DNA of 64,000 nt from an uncultured Acidimicrobiales bacterium. Lineage in GTDB: Bacteria > Actinomycetota > Acidimicrobiia > Acidimicrobiales > SZUA-35. Below the pieces are notes generated by a model. It ran no database searches and was not told the origin of the DNA. It was given only the letters and a program-made list of their open reading frames with translations. The stretch covers positions 32,438-96,437 of the forward strand of contig CALKTH010000033.1 of assembly GCA_937997485.1 (NCBI GenBank), given 5' to 3'. Position numbers and translations under genes: made by a program. Shown here one piece after another: positions 45,400-52,605 of the stretch. Position 1 is the first letter of the stretch. Every line of letters begins with the position of its first letter.

Positions 45400-46695
45400 C
45401 TACTGAACGTTGCGGGCTCGACGCGCTTCGCGCGCATCGCGTACGGAGTCAATGGAGGTGACGTTCGACTCCTCGTCAGCGACGACTGAGCCAAGAGCGA
45501 CCGACTCCACTGCGTCCCCATCGGCTTCAGACTCCACCAACTCCTGGTCGGCAGGATCGTCGATCGCGACTGCGGGGGTCTCGACGTGGGGTTCCACCTC
45601 GCGCAAACGTGGGTGGAACAGCGTGTAGAGCAAGAGCCCGAGCGCCGCGACACCACCGGGCATCACCGCATCGCCACGTCCGTCGTTGTAGACGGGCCAG
45701 AGAATCACACCCGAGAGCAGCGCCGTCCACGCCCAGAGAATCCCCACGCTGCGACGGTGTCCGTGACCCAGCCGCATGAGGCGGTGATGCAGGTGTCCCT
45801 TGTCCGCCGTGGCAACACCCTGACGGCGGATCGTCCGGCGGAGGATGGCGAAGATGGTGTCGAGAATGGGCACGCCAAGAATGAAAAGCGGAATGGCCAG
45901 AGGGGCGTAGAAGAAGAACGTTTGCCCGCTGAAAGGGTCCGAAGTTCGCCCGCCAACGGCAATCGTCGCTGCGGCCATGAGCGCGCCGAGAAGGAGCGCT
46001 CCCCCATCGCCCATGAAAATGCGGGCGGGGTGGACGTTCCACGGAAGGAAGCCAGCGCAAATGCCAACGACCACGGCGGCAATCAGCGGGCCGACATTGC
46101 TGGCAGGGAGCAGGCCTTCGTTGTTCAGCTGCCAGCCGTAGAAGAAAAACGCGACCGAGCCAATACCCATGATTCCGGCGGCAAGCCCGTCGAGGCCATC
46201 GATGAAGTTCACCGCATTCGCCATACCCAGGAGCCATACAACAGTGATCAGATAGCTCAGGTCCAGCGAAAGAATGAACACCGACGAAAACGGCACACGG
46301 AACCAAATGATGCTCACACCACCGAGCACCAGGGTGCTGGCGGCGAGGATCAGCCCAGCGAGCTTGGCTGGTGCGCTGATCTCACGAATGTCGTCGATCA
46401 GACCGACCAGGTAGGCCAGTGTGGCGCAGGCAACGATGGCGAGTGGTTCCGTTGAGCCGCTGAATGTCGCATCGAACCAACCGGAGAGCCAGGCCACCGC
46501 CATCGCGGCGAGAAAGCCGAGATACATGGCGCCGCCACCCAGCGTGGGTGTTGGCCGTTCGTGGGGCCGACGCTCGTCTGGCTCGACGACGTGGCCTCGT
46601 GCTTGGGCGTAGATGCGAAAGGTGGGCACGGTGAGGACCGTGACCCCCGCAGCGATCCCTGTGATCGCGAGGTAGGAAGTGAGCGCCGGAAGCAC
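45400..46695 (-). CDS. wecA: UDP-GlcNAc:undecaprenyl/decaprenyl-phosphate GlcNAc-1-phosphate transferase (MraY/WecA family)
   Basis: 431 aa with a GTG start. It is a polytopic GT4-family protein with NAVNFIDGLDGLA and a HHHL-type motif (KGHLHHRL). It occupies the same position as rfe (Rv1302) upstream of atp. Confidence 0.9.
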   Translation of the reverse strand: MLPALTSYLAITGIAAGVTVLTVPTFRIYAQARGHVVEPDERRPHERPTPTLGGGAMYLGFLAAMAVAWLSGWFDATFSGSTEPLAIVACATLAYLVGLIDDIREISAPAKLAGLILAASTLVLGGVSIIWFRVPFSSVFILSLDLSYLITVVWLLGMANAVNFIDGLDGLAAGIMGIGSVAFFFYGWQLNNEGLLPASNVGPLIAAVVVGICAGFLPWNVHPARIFMGDGGALLLGALMAAATIAVGGRTSDPFSGQTFFFYAPLAIPLFILGVPILDTIFAILRRTIRRQGVATADKGHLHHRLMRLGHGHRRSVGILWAWTALLSGVILWPVYNDGRGDAVMPGGVAALGLLLYTLFHPRLREVEPHVETPAVAIDDPADQELVESEADGDAVESVALGSVVADEESNVTSIDSVRDAREARRARNVQ

Positions 46696-46786
46696 TCCGG
46701 CAACCTAGCCCCGTTGGTCACCGAGCGCGGTCCGCGGCACGACCAGGAGACTCGGAAGGCTCACTCTCGGCGCGGCGAGCGAGCCG

Positions 46787-48049
46787 TCAGGCGGTAGCGG
46801 GCACCATGTTGGGATAGGGCGCGAACGGCGTGCACAGGGCGCGCACCTCTTCGCGAATCGCCTTGATCGCTTCCGGATCGGTGCGTTCGCGCAAGGTGCG
46901 GGCCATCAGCTGACCGATCTGCACCATCTCCGCTTCCTTCATGCCCTGCGTAGTGACGCCCGGCGTGCCGATTCGAATGCCCGACGTGACGAACGGCGAG
47001 CGCGGATCGTCGGGAATCGAGTTCCGGTTCAGCGTGATGCCAGCTTCGTCGAGCACGATCTGGGCTTCCTTGCCCGTCAGTTCTGCGTCGAACGGCTGGA
47101 GATCGACGAGCAGCAGGTGATTGTCGGTGCCACCGGAGACGAGTCGGAACCCTTCGGCAACGAGCTGCTTGGCCAGAGCGCTGGCGTTGGTCACGATCTG
47201 CTCTGCGTACTGTCGGAACTCGGGGGTTGCGGCTTCGGCGAAGGCCACGGCCTTGGCGGCGATGGCGTGTTCTTGCGGTCCGCCCTGTTGTCCGGGGAAC
47301 ACTGCCTTGTCGATCGCCTTGCCGAGCGCTCCTGTCGCGAGGATGCAGCCGCCACGGGGACCACGCAGCGTCTTGTGCGTGGTGAAGGTGACGATGTCGC
47401 AGTGCGGGACCGGGTTCGGATAGACGCCACCGGCGATGAGTCCCGCCACGTGCGCGGCATCGAACATCAGAAGGGCGCCGACTTCATCGGCAATCGCCCG
47501 GAACGGTACGGCGTCGATGTTGCGCGGATATGCGGTCGCGCCCGTGACGATGAGCTTGGGACGGTGCTCGAGCGCAAGTTCTCGCACCTGATCAAGGTCG
47601 ATGCGCTCGTCGCTTCCGGACACCTCATAGCCCACGAAGTTGTACGTCAGACCCGAAGCGTTGACGGGAGAGCCGTGGGTGAGGTGACCGCCGTGGTCCA
47701 GGCTGAGTCCGAGCACCGTGTCTCCGGGCTCGAGGAGCGCCTGATACACGGCCATGTTGGCGTTCGCCCCGGAGTGAGGCTGCACGTTGGCGTGATCCGC
47801 GCCGAACAGCTCGCAGATCCGTTCGATGGCCAGGCTCTCGACCTCGTCGACGACCTGGTTCCCGCCGTAGTAGCGGCGCCCCGGGTAGCCCTCGGAGTAC
47901 TTGTTGGTGAAGACAGAACCGGTTGCGGCGAGCACGGCCGGAGATGCAAAGTTCTCCGAAGCGATCAGCTGCAACGCAGTGTTCTGACGCTCCACCTCTG
48001 CGGCGGTCAGCGTGTGGACGGCTTCATCTTCGACAACAGGCCAAGGCAT
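46787..48049 (-). CDS. glyA: serine hydroxymethyltransferase
   Basis: 420 aa with the PLP-Lys motif [15 protein letters not shown]. Confidence 0.97.
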   Translation of the reverse strand: MPWPVVEDEAVHTLTAAEVERQNTALQLIASENFASPAVLAATGSVFTNKYSEGYPGRRYYGGNQVVDEVESLAIERICELFGADHANVQPHSGANANMAVYQALLEPGDTVLGLSLDHGGHLTHGSPVNASGLTYNFVGYEVSGSDERIDLDQVRELALEHRPKLIVTGATAYPRNIDAVPFRAIADEVGALLMFDAAHVAGLIAGGVYPNPVPHCDIVTFTTHKTLRGPRGGCILATGALGKAIDKAVFPGQQGGPQEHAIAAKAVAFAEAATPEFRQYAEQIVTNASALAKQLVAEGFRLVSGGTDNHLLLVDLQPFDAELTGKEAQIVLDEAGITLNRNSIPDDPRSPFVTSGIRIGTPGVTTQGMKEAEMVQIGQLMARTLRERTDPEAIKAIREEVRALCTPFAPYPNMVPATA

Positions 48050-48159
48050 GGGCCAAAGCCTAGAGCTGTGCCGCTCGACCTCGCGAGGTCAGAGCTTGAC
48101 GAAACGGCAGGCTTGTCCTCACCGCAACACGGGCTCTGACACTCCGCAGAACCGTGGGT

Positions 48160-48591
48160 TCAGAGGGCGTTGATCTTCTCGACTCGGCGGGTATGGCGAC
48201 CGCCCTCGAATTCCGTGCTGAGGAAGGCGTCGGCGGCGTCCAAGGCAACCTGCTCACCCACGAACCGCTCGCCCACACACATGATGTTCGCGTTGTTGTG
48301 CAGGCGGGTCATGCGGGCCGAAGTGACATCGTGCACGGTCGCTGCGCGCACACCGGCGATCTTGTTGGCGGCGATGCAGATACCGATGCCACTACCGCAC
48401 ACTGCGACCCCACGATCCGCTTCGCCGTCGGCCACGGCCTGTCCAATCGCCGCCCCGAAGTCGGGATAGTCAACCGAATCGGTGGAATCGGTACCCAGAT
48501 CAATGATCTCGTGGCCGAGGTCGGCGATGTGGCGAATCAATGCCGACTTGAGCACAAACCCCGCGTGATCGGAGGCAAGAGCGATCCGCAT
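48160..48591 (-). CDS. rpiB: ribose-5-phosphate isomerase B
   Basis: 143 aa starting MRIALASDHAGF, with CGSGIGICIAANK. ATG 48591 lies 1 nt after the stop of the upstream gene. Confidence 0.92.
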   Translation of the reverse strand: MRIALASDHAGFVLKSALIRHIADLGHEIIDLGTDSTDSVDYPDFGAAIGQAVADGEADRGVAVCGSGIGICIAANKIAGVRAATVHDVTSARMTRLHNNANIMCVGERFVGEQVALDAADAFLSTEFEGGRHTRRVEKINAL

Positions 48592-48592
48592 C

Positions 48593-49027
48593 TCAGCCCT
48601 GTTCGCGGCGAGCTTGGTTCTGAGTGGCGCGTGCCTGCAGCAGGGAGAGCACACGCTCGTTCGCCGAAGGATTGCGGTCCAGGAGTGCACGGAACTGCTC
48701 GACACCGAAGGAAACCAGAACCATGGGCGTCTCGGCAACGACGCTCGCCGTGCGAGGGCGGTGCTCGAGCAGCGCCATTTCGCCCACCATGGAGCCCGCG
48801 TTCACCGAAGCGACGTACTCGCCGTTCATCAACACGTTCGCCGTGCCCTCGACGATGACGAAACATGCATCGCCCATCCGACCCTGATCGGTGATCTCGA
48901 CCCCGGCATCAGCTTCGAGACGTTCACCCAGCTCGGCAACTTCGACCAGCTGCTCCTCTGTGAAACCGGCGAAGAACGCGACATCGGAGAGCCATCCGGT
49001 ATCGACTTTGTTGTTGCGTCCGAACAT
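48593..49027 (-). CDS. standalone cyclic-nucleotide-binding (CAP_ED) domain protein
   Basis: 144 aa with FFAGFTEEQLVEVA...GDACFVIVEGTANVL...GSMVGEMALLEHRPRTASVVA, a canonical cNMP-binding cassette with no output domain. Confidence 0.8.
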   Translation of the reverse strand: MFGRNNKVDTGWLSDVAFFAGFTEEQLVEVAELGERLEADAGVEITDQGRMGDACFVIVEGTANVLMNGEYVASVNAGSMVGEMALLEHRPRTASVVAETPMVLVSFGVEQFRALLDRNPSANERVLSLLQARATQNQARREQG

Positions 49028-49071
49028 GCGGCAGTCCCCTAGTGCGATCTGTGAGTGAATCGTTCGGGATG

Positions 49072-50037
49072 CTAGCCGGTTCTCGACCGCGGGTACCGAG
49101 CCACAACTGCGCGGGGCTTGCCCGCCAGGTCATCAATGATCTCCACTGACTCGAAGCGCAACTCGGCGGCGGCAGCAATGGGTTCGGTTTGGGGCGAGGC
49201 CATCTCGAGCACGATGGACCCGTCGCTGCGGAGCCACTCCGGGGCTGCGGCGACAAGATGCAGAAGGTCCTCATCGCCATCCGCTCCGGCGACCAACGCT
49301 TCGGTTGGTTCCCAATCTGCGACCGACGGCGCTAGCGGCTCGTCGGCGGCGATGTAGGGCGGATTGGAGACAATCACGGCGATCGTCCCTGCGAGATCGG
49401 CGGGAACTGCGTCGAACCAGGAGCCGTGAGCGAGACGCACGCCACCACCGGCAGAGCCGAGCCCAGCGAGGTTGGCTCGTGCGACCGCCAGCGCCTCTTC
49501 GGACCGGTCGGTCATCCAGACCTCGAGGTCGCGTCGGAGGGCGCGAAGCTCGGCGGCGAGGGAAAGCCCGATCGCCCCGCTTCCGGTGCCCAAGTCCACC
49601 GCAACCAGCGGCGAGGCCTTTCCCTTCAGTCGCTCGACCTCACAGATCGCGAGGCCGGCGACGATCTCGGTTTCGGGACGAGGAATCAGCACTCGGTGAT
49701 CCACCATCAAGTCCAGCGTCCTGAAGCCCCAGCGCCCGACGACGTACTGCAACGGCTCGCCGGCGAGACGGCGGGCCACTCGAGCATCGAATGCCGCCAT
49801 GCCCCGGACGGTGACGAGTTCGGTGAGCCCAAGGGCGAACTGTGCTCCTTCGTGGCCGGAACACTCCTCGATGATCCGCCGGGCGGAGATCTCGGGCTCT
49901 TCGATCGCCGCGGCCCGGAGCCGCCCGAGCGCCTCGGCGTGCAGCTCTCGCCAGGTGACAGTCCCCTCAACCTCGTTCCCCTCAACCTCGTTCCCATCGA
50001 CCTCGGTCCCCTGGATGTCGTTGCCGTCCTCAACCAT
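49072..50037 (-). CDS. prmC: peptide chain release factor N5-glutamine methyltransferase
   Basis: 321 aa with the SAM motif VDLGTGSGAIG and the catalytic VSNPPYI. The N-terminus carries a pentapeptide repeat encoded by a 15-bp tandem repeat. Confidence 0.9.
   Translation of the reverse strand: MVEDGNDIQGTEVDGNEVEGNEVEGTVTWRELHAEALGRLRAAAIEEPEISARRIIEECSGHEGAQFALGLTELVTVRGMAAFDARVARRLAGEPLQYVVGRWGFRTLDLMVDHRVLIPRPETEIVAGLAICEVERLKGKASPLVAVDLGTGSGAIGLSLAAELRALRRDLEVWMTDRSEEALAVARANLAGLGSAGGGVRLAHGSWFDAVPADLAGTIAVIVSNPPYIAADEPLAPSVADWEPTEALVAGADGDEDLLHLVAAAPEWLRSDGSIVLEMASPQTEPIAAAAELRFESVEIIDDLAGKPRAVVARYPRSRTG
49963..50037. repeat. 5 x 15-bp tandem repeat at the 5' end of prmC
   Basis: + strand units are cccctcaacctcgtt (x2 identical), cccatcgacctcggt, cccctggatgtcgtt and gccgtcctcaaccat. 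They encode MVEDG-NDIQG-TEVDG-NEVEG-NEVEG. Confidence 0.9.
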
Positions 50038-50040
50038 GGC

Positions 50041-51117
50041 TCAGTCGGTTGCGGGTTCGTGAGACTGCAGCTGCTGCGCCCGCTCGTCTTGGACGAGTGC
50101 ATCGCTGACCTCGTCGAGCTCCCCCTGCAAGACCTTCTCGAGCTTGTAGATCGTGAGCCCGATGCGATGATCGGTGACCCGGTTCTCCTTGAAGTTGTAG
50201 GTACGGATCTTCTCCGAGCGCCCACCCCCGCCAACCTGGTCCTTGCGTTGCGCCGAAGACTCGGCCTGCACCCGCTCCTGCTCAGCGCGAAGCAGCCGCG
50301 ATCGAAGCACGACGAGCGCACGCGCCCGATTCTGAATCTGGCTCTTCTCGTCCTGCATGGTGACCATCACGCCAGTCGGCTTGTGCAGAATTCGCACCGC
50401 CGAATCGGTCGTGTTCACGCTCTGGCCGCCGGCGCCTGAGGAGCGGTAGGTATCGATCTGGAGATCGTTGGGATCGATCTCGACGTCGACCTCGTCGGCT
50501 TCGGGCAGGACGGAGACTGTCGCGGAGGAGGTGTGGACGCGACCCTGTGACTCAGTGACAGGCACGCGCTGCACACGATGAGGTCCGGCCTCGAACTTCA
50601 TGCGGGTCCACACGCTGTCGCCCTTGAGTTGGAAGGTGACGTCGCTCAGTCCCCCGAGATCGGAAGGATCGGACGACAACACCTCCATCTTCCAGCCCTG
50701 CCCCTGCGCATAGGCCTTGTACATGTCGAACAGGTCGCGGGCGAAGAGGTTCGCTTCCTCCCCGCCTTCCGCTCCACGGATCTCGACGATGACATTCCGG
50801 CCTTCATTCGGATCCTTCGGCAGGAGCAGAAGACGGAACTCCTTCTCGAGTTCCTCGATGTCGACCTCAGCAGCCGCGATCTCATGCCGCATCTCTTCAC
50901 GCTCGGCTGCATCAGCGTCGGCGTGCATGCTCTTCCAGTCCTCGAGATCGGCGGTCCGATCACGAAGTTGGGTCCCAACCGAAACGAGTTCGCTCAGATC
51001 TCGGTAGCGCCGCATGGCTTCGACGTAGCGCTTGTTGTCGGCCACCAACTCGGGATCGCCGAGCCGAGCTTCGAGCTCCGCATGTTCATCGGCGAGCGCC
51101 TGCAACCGTTCGAGCAT
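50041..51117 (-). CDS. prfA: peptide chain release factor 1
   Basis: 358 aa with GGQ (SGAGGQSVNTTDSAVR) and the PVT tripeptide (RVPVTE) specific for RF1. Confidence 0.97.
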   Translation of the reverse strand: MLERLQALADEHAELEARLGDPELVADNKRYVEAMRRYRDLSELVSVGTQLRDRTADLEDWKSMHADADAAEREEMRHEIAAAEVDIEELEKEFRLLLLPKDPNEGRNVIVEIRGAEGGEEANLFARDLFDMYKAYAQGQGWKMEVLSSDPSDLGGLSDVTFQLKGDSVWTRMKFEAGPHRVQRVPVTESQGRVHTSSATVSVLPEADEVDVEIDPNDLQIDTYRSSGAGGQSVNTTDSAVRILHKPTGVMVTMQDEKSQIQNRARALVVLRSRLLRAEQERVQAESSAQRKDQVGGGGRSEKIRTYNFKENRVTDHRIGLTIYKLEKVLQGELDEVSDALVQDERAQQLQSHEPATD

Positions 51118-51130
51118 GCGCTGAGGCTAC

Positions 51131-52189
51131 CTATGTCGACCAGGGGACAGCGGTGCTGATCAGTTCGGCGTTGGTCAAGCGGCTGACCAGCCGTTCGGCG
51201 ACGGGGTAGCGGTCTCGTTCTGGGATGACCAGAACGAGACGAGCGGTCGGATCTTCCCGCTGTCGATAGTCAGCCGCCTCGGGAACGAGGTCGAGGTCGA
51301 CACCAGTTGAACACACCACGATCGTGGGCGGCGCTGCCGTGTCGCCACTGGTTGGCCCCATCGCGGCACACGGCACGTCTCCCAGCACCGTGGCGCGAGG
51401 GCGCAGCGGCGGCAGCGCTCGGAGCTCGTCGGCTCCGACAAGTGATGGGGTCTCGAGCACGATTGCACGCAACCATCGCTCTCGAGCCATGCGATTCAGC
51501 GGATGTGGCGACGCTCCCGGTTGCCGGTGCGCAACCACCGCCGCAATGGCCCGCCGCAACGCTGTGTCGGCGTCCATGTTCGTGTGCACCAGTTGGTGCA
51601 GCTCTCGATCGGCCTGGCCGACGCCAACATCGAGGACGGCTTGGCCCGCGTTTTCTTCATGGTCCTCGGCGATCCGGACGCGTCCAACCTCGAGACCTGC
51701 GGTCTCGGCCACGAGGCGGCCGTGATCATCGACCGGCCGGGCCCCGGCCTCGGACATGATGGCAGCGAAGGCCCATTCCTCGGGGCTGAGGACGGGCACA
51801 GTGGCGATGGGGGCCGGTACCGCGGGCGCCAACTCCGTGGCCGACACAGACCACACACGAATGGGGAGTTCCGTCGTGACGAACGCTTCGGCTCGACGGG
51901 CCAGCCCTGCGGCGTCATCTGCGTTGTCGGTGACGAGGTCGAGCTCGGCAATCTCGTTGCGCTCAGCCCAGATCAGGGCGGGGCCGAGCGTCCGGATTGG
52001 CTCGTCGCCGGCCGCATAGAAGAAGCCGCGGCGTGAGCCATTCGACAAAACGACAAAACCCCCGGTCGGGCCGGAGCCCGATCCGAGAGCTGTCTCGAGT
52101 TCTTCACCGGTGCTGTTTCGCACCAGTCCCCGGAGCTTGCCGGCAAGAAGCTCGGCTCTCTGAGGTTGCTGGAGATGGTCGTCCGCCAC
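51131..52189 (-). CDS. hypothetical protein (no recognisable domain) embedded between rpmE and prfA
   Basis: The proposed GTG 52189 is the first start after the rpmE stop (352 aa). The frame is uninterrupted and its stop lies 13 nt before the prfA start. The track extension to 52342 overlaps rpmE. Confidence 0.6.
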   Translation of the reverse strand: MADDHLQQPQRAELLAGKLRGLVRNSTGEELETALGSGSGPTGGFVVLSNGSRRGFFYAAGDEPIRTLGPALIWAERNEIAELDLVTDNADDAAGLARRAEAFVTTELPIRVWSVSATELAPAVPAPIATVPVLSPEEWAFAAIMSEAGARPVDDHGRLVAETAGLEVGRVRIAEDHEENAGQAVLDVGVGQADRELHQLVHTNMDADTALRRAIAAVVAHRQPGASPHPLNRMARERWLRAIVLETPSLVGADELRALPPLRPRATVLGDVPCAAMGPTSGDTAAPPTIVVCSTGVDLDLVPEAADYRQREDPTARLVLVIPERDRYPVAERLVSRLTNAELISTAVPWST

Positions 52190-52220
52190 GAGTCGACTGT
52201 CGGAGCCGTGACGGCCGGAC

Positions 52221-52550
52221 TCAGCTCTCGGCGGACTCTTCGGCTGCCTCGGCTGCTGCAGCAGCGTCGGCTGCCTTGGCGGCCTCGGACTCCACCACGG
52301 CACCCTTGCGGCGACCGAAGCGGCGCTCGAAGCGCTCCACACGACCAGCGGTGTCCACGATCTTCATCTGTCCGGTGAAGAAGGGATGGCTGGCGGAAGA
52401 AATATCGACCTTGTAGAGCGGGTACGTGTTGCCATCTTCCCACTCGATGGTCTCGTCCGTCGCAATGGTGGACTTCGTCAGGAAGGCGAAGTCAGCACCC
52501 GGGTCGGAGAAGACCACGGGACGGTAGTTGGGGTGAATGTCGGTCTTCAT
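52221..52550 (-). CDS. rpmE: 50S ribosomal protein L31, Cys-less type-B-like form with Ala/Glu-rich tail
   Basis: [14 protein letters not shown]...[12 protein letters not shown]. The CxxC pairs of Zn-binding L31 are replaced and there is no Cys at all. The C-terminal ~30 aa are [16 protein letters not shown]. Confidence 0.9.
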   Translation of the reverse strand: MKTDIHPNYRPVVFSDPGADFAFLTKSTIATDETIEWEDGNTYPLYKVDISSASHPFFTGQMKIVDTAGRVERFERRFGRRKGAVVESEAAKAADAAAAAEAAEESAES

Positions 52551-52605
52551 AGCTTGTCCAGTCTGGCGGGGTTCCGCGTCAGCTCAAACCTCAGGCCCTG
52601 AATCC

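Noticed and set aside
48050-48159. ZTP (pfl) or THF riboswitch upstream of glyA
   Set aside because: The conserved ZTP pseudoknot sequence (CCGCCUGGGC-like) and the GGGUCGUGAC-type 5' domain are not present. I kept it only as a generic structured-leader observation.
49963-50037. 15-bp repeats as a CRISPR-like or minisatellite array
   Set aside because: The units are contiguous with no spacers, in frame with prmC and only 75 bp in total. This is a coding tandem repeat, not a CRISPR array.
51131-52189. The unknown rpmE-prfA gene as the missing homoserine kinase
   Set aside because: There is no GHMP kinase motif, no P-loop and no PGM- or APH-type signature, and nothing beyond the absence of thrB supports the link.
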